Shown here in pieces: positions 28,171-35,245 of a stretch of 35,245 bases of DNA. Position numbers and translations under genes: made by a program. Every line of letters starts with the position of its first letter. Within the stretch, counting starts at the first letter, position 1. The stretch lies in assembly GCA_019894975.1 (NCBI GenBank), contig JAGXNO010000038.1, forward strand, positions 1 through 35,245, given 5' to 3'. This DNA comes from Promethearchaeota archaeon (GTDB lineage Archaea > Asgardarchaeota > Lokiarchaeia > Sigyniarchaeales > SOKP01). The notes under the pieces were generated by a model that saw only the letters and a list, made by a program, of their open reading frames with translations, was not told where the DNA came from and made no database searches.

Positions 28171-28452
28171 TTATACTTCTTGTAGTTCAAGTTTTTTCAC
28201 GCGATATGATTTAGCATATTGTTTTTTACCACATTCAGTGCATTCTAAAACAGGCGTGCTTCTTTTATTAACCTTTGCGTTTTGATGAAAGATTTCTTTA
28301 GGAAACGAACCATAACCTCGCTTCTTGCGTTCTACTCTCCTTCTACCGGCATTAAGTGTGCGTTCCTTACCCGCCTTATAAAGTGAGACATTTTGAACCG
28401 TATGTTGACGACAACTCGGGCAATATCTTCGTGTAGTTTTCGGGTACTTCAT
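28171..28452 (-). CDS. rpl44e: 50S ribosomal protein L44e (eL42)
   Basis: MKYPKTTRRYCPSCRQHT, GRRR...RKKRGYGS, LECTECGK. Confidence 0.96.
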   Translation of the reverse strand: MKYPKTTRRYCPSCRQHTVQNVSLYKAGKERTLNAGRRRVERKKRGYGSFPKEIFHQNAKVNKRSTPVLECTECGKKQYAKSYRVKKLELQEV

Positions 28453-28480
28453 TTTTCTCTAATACTTCATTTTTCTCTAA
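28445..28480. repeat. Perfect 18-bp tandem duplication spanning the rpl44e start
   Basis: TACTTCATTTTTCTCTAA at 28445-28462 and 28463-28480. Confidence 0.9.
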
Positions 28481-28616
28481 TTAACCTAATTAATTATTTA
28501 TAAATTTTAAATTTTATTAGTTCTGCTTATTTCTTCTCAAAAATGAAATTTTAATAATAAAAAATTTAAATATTACTTTCATAATGTTAATAAAAACATT
28601 ATAAATGAGAATTTAA

Positions 28617-29534
28617 ATGTTTCACGAGAAATTTGCAGAAGGAATAATCAGTGCAAAACAATTTAATAGAGAAGATATTGAGTATATCTTGAAGAAGGGG
28701 AAAGAGATGTTGAGTGAAACTAACTCAAATCTTCTTAAAGGTAAAATTCTTGCTAGCTTATTTTTTGAACCATCTACTCGTACTCGACTCAGCTTTGAGT
28801 CAGCTATGTATAGATTAGGTGGGAATGTGATTGGGTTTCATTCGGAGGATGTTTCATCAATTATGAAAGGAGAAAGTATAGCGGATACAATTAGGACCGT
28901 AGAAAATTATAGTGATTGTATTGTTATGAGGCATTCTCTTGAGGGAGCTGCAAGAATGGCATCAAAATTTGCTCGAGTACCAATTATTAATGCGGGTTCC
29001 GGAAGTGGAGAACATCCTACTCAAGCATTATTAGATCTTTTAACTATTACAGAAGAATTTGGTTCACTAGATGGTTTGAATATAGGTTTAATGGGAGATC
29101 TCAAGTATGGTAGAACTGTTCATTCACTTTCAATTCTATTATCTTATTTTGATGCTAATGTTTATTTCATAAGTCCTGTTGAATTAAAAATGAGAAACCG
29201 AGATAAAGATTATTTGCAGCAAAGACGTATGAATTATAAGGAAATAACGGACTATAGAAAGATTTTAGACACCTTAGACATCCTTTATATGACAAGAATC
29301 CAGAAAGAGAGGTTTATTGATTTAGAAGAATATGAAAAGGTTAAAGGATTATACATCTTTAGACAAGATGATCTTGCAAATACCAAAGAGAAATTTCGCT
29401 TATTACATCCCTTACCTCGGATAACAGAAATATCTTCAGACATAGATGAATCTGAAAAAGCAATTTATTTTAAGCAGACTTTTTATGGTATCCCAATGAG
29501 AAAGGCGATTTTAGCAGAATTGATGAAAGATTAA
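28617..29534 (+). CDS. pyrB: Aspartate carbamoyltransferase catalytic subunit
   Basis: FFEPSTRTRLSF, HPTQALLD, GDLKYGRTVHSL, YMTRIQKERF, HPLPR. Confidence 0.97.
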   Translation: MFHEKFAEGIISAKQFNREDIEYILKKGKEMLSETNSNLLKGKILASLFFEPSTRTRLSFESAMYRLGGNVIGFHSEDVSSIMKGESIADTIRTVENYSDCIVMRHSLEGAARMASKFARVPIINAGSGSGEHPTQALLDLLTITEEFGSLDGLNIGLMGDLKYGRTVHSLSILLSYFDANVYFISPVELKMRNRDKDYLQQRRMNYKEITDYRKILDTLDILYMTRIQKERFIDLEEYEKVKGLYIFRQDDLANTKEKFRLLHPLPRITEISSDIDESEKAIYFKQTFYGIPMRKAILAELMKD

Positions 29535-29558
29535 CCATTTCACCATTTCCAAATTTCT

Positions 29559-31547
29559 TTATTGCAAAATAACTCCGTTATTAAAATTCCTCAAAGAAAA
29601 AGCATTTATTTTTGAATCAGTTAATACTTTTAGGTAGTCGTTGAGTGAAATATTAGGGTTATTAATTTTTTGGTTAAATATTGACCCCCCATTCATTATT
29701 TCTTCAAATTTTTTGAATAGAGAGATCTTTTTAACTAAAGTTAATGAAGAGGTATCTCTAATAATCTTAGATGAATAACAATTAACAGGTTTCCCCTGAT
29801 TTGGTATTTCATTGTAAAAGCAATCGGTTAGGTATCTATCATTATGAGGTTGGGTTAAAGTATAGAAATCACTTTCTGATTCATTTTTTTCTTCAATAAG
29901 TTTTCTTACAAAAGTTAAAACATTTAGTGCAAATGAGGCACTACTTTCTGTTCTATCAAGTTCTATACCACAATGATTTAGAATTGCTTTATTTAATCCG
30001 AATAAACTGATCGATTTTATTGATTCATTTAACAAGTTGCCATTATTGTTCTCAAATAGATGAGGAATTATTTTATTCCATTCATTAACTTTGCTCAGCT
30101 TTGTTTTAACAAGGTTTTTCTTAATTTGGAAGAATTTAAAAACCGATTCCATTTTATCTTGTAGTATTTCAAAAAAGGTGTCATCATTTTGATTTGCTTC
30201 TATAGAAACCATATGTAAGTTTAATAAGATCTTGTCTAAAATAACTTTATTTTGTTTAGGATTCGGAATTTTAATTGTAGTTGCATTGAGTAAGTTATTC
30301 TGTAGGATTATGTTATTTTTAAGAGGATGGGAAATAATCTCTCTGATAAGAGTTTCTGAAGAGTCTTTGTCAATAAAATCAGAGTAGTTAAATAGGAGAT
30401 TTGGGTTTTTAGCGTTTTCTGATTTTTCCATTAAAGAGGAAAGGAACTGCTTTACTGAATTTCTTTTTAAAATATTATTATTATGTGAAGGTTTTTTGTT
30501 ATTAAATCCCAAGGATAAATGTTGATAGTTATCTCTGCAACTTTCTTCGAATCTGAGGATCTGAGAAGTTAATAAATCCATGATATAGGACTTATCATCT
30601 GATAAATCAAGATTAGATATGAATTGGTTATAAAAATCTCCTAATATTAAATCTCCAGAATAAAATTGTTTAAATTTATAGAAAAAATTACAGAGATCCG
30701 AGATCGTCAAAAGAACATTTTTATCATCATCGAAATTAGCTGAAATTTTCGCATTCTTATTGTAGATATATTTAAGAACAGAATTTGTATTCAAATATAT
30801 ACTTAAAGGTCTTAAACTCCAATGATTTAAATGAAGCAGAGCTACTTCTCCGGTTAAATATAAATCTGCAAGATTTTTAGGAAGTAGATTTAAAAGTAGA
30901 AATTGTTCAGAAACATCAGAACCTAATCTTTCAATAAATTTTTCGGGAGTAATTTGAGTATCTTCTGAATTAAATAATTTGAATACATCATAGGGTGGTG
31001 TTCCTAACCTAGTTAGTTTGTGTCTTACCTCTTCTAATCCATTTTCTAATAAAATAGCGTTAATATACTCTCGCATTAGTGGAGCAGTTAAATATTCAAT
31101 ATTTGTTTTTGTTAAACGTTCTTCAACTTTACGAGCAATTTGTTTAGCTAGAAACTCGTCTAATTCACCCTCTGTAACTAAATATCCTTCTATTTTACTA
31201 GAATCAAATAATTCTTTAGAATATTTAGAAGTTCTAATCATTCTTGTTTTGGATCTATCAACTAATATCCGCTCTATTGATAAAATGTTATTCAAAATTT
31301 CTTTTCCTAATTTAGTTATATAATATCCTTCTTCAGATGAATCAATTAATTCGCATTTCTTTAAGGCATTCAAATGGAAAGAGAAATTTACTGAAGATAA
31401 ATTATGCTCAAGAACTTCCTTTTGGAGTTTCGAAAAGGTAAAAGGATCCTGAAGATCTTTTAATTTCTTCAAGATATCAATTCTTATCTTTTGACCTAAG
31501 GTCTTAAGTTGCTTTTCTAAGAAAAGACTATTTTTGTCGGGATCCAC
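29559..31547 (-). CDS. ArsR-type wHTH + ATP-cone + degenerate class III ribonucleotide reductase (NrdD)-like domain protein
   Basis: LKTLGQKIRIDILKKL...FHLNALKKCELI (wHTH); IRTS...FDSSKI...LTAPLMREYIN (ATP cone); TRLGTPPYDV and ADLYLTGEVALLHL (NrdD N-terminal-like); no glycyl-radical C-terminus. Confidence 0.75.
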   Translation of the reverse strand: MDPDKNSLFLEKQLKTLGQKIRIDILKKLKDLQDPFTFSKLQKEVLEHNLSSVNFSFHLNALKKCELIDSSEEGYYITKLGKEILNNILSIERILVDRSKTRMIRTSKYSKELFDSSKIEGYLVTEGELDEFLAKQIARKVEERLTKTNIEYLTAPLMREYINAILLENGLEEVRHKLTRLGTPPYDVFKLFNSEDTQITPEKFIERLGSDVSEQFLLLNLLPKNLADLYLTGEVALLHLNHWSLRPLSIYLNTNSVLKYIYNKNAKISANFDDDKNVLLTISDLCNFFYKFKQFYSGDLILGDFYNQFISNLDLSDDKSYIMDLLTSQILRFEESCRDNYQHLSLGFNNKKPSHNNNILKRNSVKQFLSSLMEKSENAKNPNLLFNYSDFIDKDSSETLIREIISHPLKNNIILQNNLLNATTIKIPNPKQNKVILDKILLNLHMVSIEANQNDDTFFEILQDKMESVFKFFQIKKNLVKTKLSKVNEWNKIIPHLFENNNGNLLNESIKSISLFGLNKAILNHCGIELDRTESSASFALNVLTFVRKLIEEKNESESDFYTLTQPHNDRYLTDCFYNEIPNQGKPVNCYSSKIIRDTSSLTLVKKISLFKKFEEIMNGGSIFNQKINNPNISLNDYLKVLTDSKINAFSLRNFNNGVILQ

Positions 31548-31823
31548 TTTCCTTTGAGATTTACTGCATATTCTTTAAACCTGCTTAACTAAATAATATG
31601 ATGATCAAATATATAAGAATTTAGAATTTTTAATATCACATAATGAATTTAGATAATATACAGGTGATATGTAAGTTTATTTTAAAAGATCTAGCAACCG
31701 TGGACATGATGGTCACACAAACAAATCCGAACTTTTTATATCATTCATATGAAAATTGGACTCCCTATGCAATAAAAACTATTTTTAATATAATCTCTAT
31801 AATAAAATTTAAAGATTAGTAAA

Positions 31824-33314
31824 ATGAGAAAAAAGGAACAAACTACTGATTTAACTTTAACTGAGCCTGAACAAGAGATTTCGGACCAATATAAATTCTT
31901 CCAAATAGATTTCTTAAAGGCAGCAATGATATTCCTCGTAATTTTCGATCATATAGTAGCTTGGAGTGTGAAGAGTTATATCGCTGTTACCCTTTGGGAA
32001 AGAATCTCAATTCCTGTATTTTTAGTCATATTGGGATTTAATGCAAGTAAATCATTTCAGAGAAAAGAACCAGCAACACTTAGAGAATTATATTCGTGGG
32101 ATTATTTTAAAAACAAAATTGTACGATACATTATACCCTTTCTTGTACTTTACGTAGGTTCAACTATGATCGGGTTATTCATATATGAATTTGATTTTGC
32201 GGCGATGTATGATGGACAGTTTTATCCTAGTCATGGGATCATGAATTATTTCGTAGGGATCTTACCATTTTGGGGTCCAGGAAATTGGTTTCTTCCGTTA
32301 CTTTTCCAATCCATCTTAATCATGCCTTTACTATACAAAGCATTTAAGAAAAGCCCAATTTTAGCCCTAATTCTATGTTTCATTATAGAAATTGCTATTC
32401 ATTTAATTGTGTTTTTCTTCATCGGTGATTTATATCCAGGAGATGTATTATCTTTGAAAAAATTGCACATTCTAAATATGTTTAGGACTTCCACATTATT
32501 CTATCTTTCGGGTATAGGTCTAGGTATGTGGTTTTCGTTTGGGTATAAACTAGAACACAACAGAAATTTCTTTATGTGGATAATTTACCCAATTAGCTTA
32601 GGATTTATTGTTGCATTTCAATTCTATGGCTTTCAAATTATGATTGGTGACATCCCCCTGTTAAGAGGTGATTATCATTTCTTAATATTTCCATATTCTG
32701 CCTTTTTGTTTTTACTTGCAATGAAATTCTTGCCCCAAAAATCAGAAGGACGAATTTCACGGGCAATTTCTTTGATTGGGAAATCATCATATCATATTCT
32801 TCTAATTCAAATTTTAGGATTTGGAATTGTGTATGCTTTTGAGGGTACTCATTATGCTATTACAGCTGGTGGTGCTGCTGATGATATAATTGATCTTTTG
32901 GTTGTTTGGATCTTTTTTATTTCCTTTGGAATCCTTTGGTATAAAATTGATCGTAAAAAGAATCTACTACGACGTATTCTATACTATATTAACTTATTCA
33001 CGGTTTTTCCATCGATACTGTTTTTTGTTCTCTGGATACAAGATTTCTGGATACCCATTCCTCTTATAATCATCTTAATCTACGCAATAGCTGCTTTAAT
33101 CACTAATTTTATAATTAAGAGACCACTTAAAACAAGGATTTTTGGATTATGGACATTGTTTCTATTAGTGACTTTTGTAATGCTTATTCTTCAAGTTGAA
33201 GTTTTTGAACAAAATGAGTTTTGGATACTGTTGATTCCTATTGGAATTTTCCTTGCAATTGCTATAATTGGTTCAGTTATAGATTATTGGCCAACAAAAG
33301 AAATTTTTTCTTAA
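31824..33314 (+). CDS. Acyltransferase family 3 (OafA-like) integral membrane protein
   Basis: QIDFLKAAMIFLVIFDH, IPVFLVILG, WFLPLLFQ, IGKSSYHILLIQ; many TM helices. Confidence 0.8.
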   Translation: MRKKEQTTDLTLTEPEQEISDQYKFFQIDFLKAAMIFLVIFDHIVAWSVKSYIAVTLWERISIPVFLVILGFNASKSFQRKEPATLRELYSWDYFKNKIVRYIIPFLVLYVGSTMIGLFIYEFDFAAMYDGQFYPSHGIMNYFVGILPFWGPGNWFLPLLFQSILIMPLLYKAFKKSPILALILCFIIEIAIHLIVFFFIGDLYPGDVLSLKKLHILNMFRTSTLFYLSGIGLGMWFSFGYKLEHNRNFFMWIIYPISLGFIVAFQFYGFQIMIGDIPLLRGDYHFLIFPYSAFLFLLAMKFLPQKSEGRISRAISLIGKSSYHILLIQILGFGIVYAFEGTHYAITAGGAADDIIDLLVVWIFFISFGILWYKIDRKKNLLRRILYYINLFTVFPSILFFVLWIQDFWIPIPLIIILIYAIAALITNFIIKRPLKTRIFGLWTLFLLVTFVMLILQVEVFEQNEFWILLIPIGIFLAIAIIGSVIDYWPTKEIFS

Positions 33315-33317
33315 TTT

Positions 33318-33446
33318 CTATTTTTTTTTTAATTTAATGATTTTCTGAGCTTGTTTAGTATTTTCCTTAATTTCCTGCAGTAATTCTTCAAACGCTTTTT
33401 GATAGTATTCTTTAGGGCTAAAATTGTTCATTTTTTCGTCTTCCAT
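33318..33446 (-). CDS. Small hypothetical protein not in the ORF track (MEDEKMNNFSPKEYYQKAFEELLQEIKENTKQAQKIIKLKKK, 42 aa)
   Basis: Open frame ATG 33446 to TAG 33318, amphipathic helical composition, AGGTGAGG SD-like site upstream (33481-33488). Confidence 0.45.
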   Translation of the reverse strand: MEDEKMNNFSPKEYYQKAFEELLQEIKENTKQAQKIIKLKKK

Positions 33447-33569
33447 TATCCAAGATCTTGGTTTTAATCCGTTAATTTATCCTCACCTTTTCTTTTTAAT
33501 GATTCAAGTATAATAATTTAAAACTGGTATAAAAAGGAAATTGGAATAATTTTGAAGTAAAAAGAGAAA

Positions 33570-34700
33570 TTAACTTATGATAATTTTATAATTCCCCTTT
33601 TTGAATAATATAATATTTGATGGATTAGGGAAGTATTCTTTCAGGGTTCGTTCATACGGTATAATGCTATTAATTACTATTATGAGTTTCCCTTGATCCC
33701 TTAGTAATGTTTTGGAAATCTTAAGAAATTTTATAAAGTCATCCTTTTTTATATGAGTGGGGGGATTTGCTACAATAAAATCTACTGTTTTGGGGGGAAT
33801 ACCCGGTTTTAATAAACCATCTAACTCGTGGACAACAGTATTAGAAATTTGGTTATGTATCATATTTTTTTTCAGCAGGAAGAGACTAATAACATCACTT
33901 TCAATAAAATGGACTTTCTTTAATGAAGTAAATTTTGATAAAACTATACCAATTACACCCACTCCCGCGAAGTAGTCGATAATTTCAGCATTCTCTGGAA
34001 TCAATTTCTCATTTATAATTGTGACAAGGAGGAAATCAGTCCCATCATCGACTTTATCTTTACTGAAAACACCACTAGAGCTAAATAATTCAATTTCACC
34101 GAAATCTTTCTTATACTTAATCTTGAATATGATATCTTTAAAATCTGATTGCATTATGGTAGAGGGCTTGAATTCAGGAATGTTAAAAAGAAATTTTTCT
34201 TGACTTTTCACTCGTGAAAATTCTAATTGATTATCTTCTAACCAGTTTAGTATTGTTCTATTCTGTTTTTTATTACGTGATATAACCAATATAGAGCAGG
34301 AATGGTTTAAAAGTTTAGATAATTGATGTAAAGCATAATTTAATAAATCCAAACTTAAATTAATGGGTAAAATGATAATTATGCCTTCAATATTTTCAAG
34401 AGGAGGCTTTGAGATTAGTCCAAAGAAATCCATATTGAATTCTATTTTATTATTTAAAAGTTCTTTAGCTACTAGTTGATTTTTTGAGCAATTGGAATAC
34501 ACTGTATAATTTGGTAAAGATACAACGATTTGATTTGGAAAGAGGGTTAAAAAATTTTCTAAGTTTCTTGGATTAATAATTATCGGTAGAAATAGCTTGC
34601 TATTTGGTTCGATCGGAAGTAATTTCCTAATTTTATATAAAGTTTTCTTTGATAAAGTTGGGGATATCATGAAAGTGTACTTATTACATCTAACTATCAA
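33570..34700 (-). CDS. RsmC/MTS-like class I SAM-dependent methyltransferase
   Basis: SGVFSKDKVDDGTDFLL, DYFAGVGVIG, VANPPTH. Confidence 0.8.
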   Translation of the reverse strand: MIVRCNKYTFMISPTLSKKTLYKIRKLLPIEPNSKLFLPIIINPRNLENFLTLFPNQIVVSLPNYTVYSNCSKNQLVAKELLNNKIEFNMDFFGLISKPPLENIEGIIIILPINLSLDLLNYALHQLSKLLNHSCSILVISRNKKQNRTILNWLEDNQLEFSRVKSQEKFLFNIPEFKPSTIMQSDFKDIIFKIKYKKDFGEIELFSSSGVFSKDKVDDGTDFLLVTIINEKLIPENAEIIDYFAGVGVIGIVLSKFTSLKKVHFIESDVISLFLLKKNMIHNQISNTVVHELDGLLKPGIPPKTVDFIVANPPTHIKKDDFIKFLKISKTLLRDQGKLIIVINSIIPYERTLKEYFPNPSNIILFKKGNYKIIIS

Positions 34701-34833
34701 ATATTAAGCAAGTTATTCAGAAAAAGGTTGGTATTTTTCAGAAAAAGTAATTTAATAAAAGGATATTTATCGTGCTGAAACAGCTATTGTTATTGCATTT
34801 AAGAAAAAGCTATAGAATAAAAATATGAATATT

Positions 34834-35139
34834 TTAAATACCAAATTCCTCCTTTACCCATTCACGGGTCACAGGATCGTCAAAATCTTCATGGGTCATT
34901 TCATCATAGCGAAAAGTCTCAAAACAGTTTGTACAGACCCATCTTTCAAGCCAAGGTACCCAGACAAGGTCGAGGTCCGTTGGTCGGTCTTTGGGATCAA
35001 GTCCCTCCTCTATTGCTTTATCTAAGGAGATACACCCTGCTCCATTACTACATTGTAAGGTAGACTTGTTAAATCTGTGATAAAGCTTATTCCACTCTTT
35101 ACTTAGTTGGGATTTTCTCTTTTGCTGAGATGGAGTCAA
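34834..35139 (-). CDS. Hypothetical protein, possibly metal-binding
   Basis: 101-aa ORF with natural composition and CSNGAGC...WVCTNC cysteines. Confidence 0.55.
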   Translation of the reverse strand: MTPSQQKRKSQLSKEWNKLYHRFNKSTLQCSNGAGCISLDKAIEEGLDPKDRPTDLDLVWVPWLERWVCTNCFETFRYDEMTHEDFDDPVTREWVKEEFGI

Positions 35140-35245
35140 ATTCTTTTTACTAAAGTATAAAGTTTCAAGTCTAGATAATCTGCTTAATTTATCCTTGATA
35201 ACTAATTTTAAAATTATCCTTAAATTGTCTCGGATACGTCTTAAC

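Noticed and set aside
31598-31700. ATGATGA box C-like motif suggesting a C/D box sRNA
   Set aside because: No CTGA box D at a suitable distance downstream
676-35025. Short antisense or overlapping ORFs in the track (for example 676-873, 1461-1685, 3332-3613, 14772-15167, 16447-16887, 31018-31323, 34825-35025)
   Set aside because: They overlap well-supported genes and show no recognisable motifs; most likely shadow ORFs

Overview
AT-rich archaeal chromosome segment, most likely from Asgard archaea (Lokiarchaeia/Promethearchaeota-like). This assignment is inferred from an Arf/Ras-like small GTPase, a eukaryote-like STT3/AglB, an IPGF-TM-basic C-terminal sorting signal and the archaeal information-processing genes. 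The window is mostly housekeeping: uvrB, aglB, truA, rfcS, eno, csl4, rpoL, EF-1alpha, aIF2alpha, nop10, gins15, priS, priL, PCNA, RPA3-like, TFS, S27e, L44e and pyrB. The standout signal is in EF-1alpha, which the ORF track splits in two. It is interrupted at 21215-21244 by an exactly 30-nt, stop-containing insert that folds with the flanking coding sequence into a bulge-helix-bulge (BHB) motif. The predicted splicing-endonuclease cuts restore DAPGHAD|FVKNMITG precisely, making this a candidate archaeal pre-mRNA intron in a core translation factor. Other notable elements are a 525-aa LAGLIDADG+HTH intein in the UvrB Walker A motif, a wHTH-ATP-cone-degenerate NrdD fusion, an STT3 with five C-terminal repeats, and a GTPase lacking a canonical start codon. 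No tRNA, rRNA, CRISPR array or IS element was recognised.
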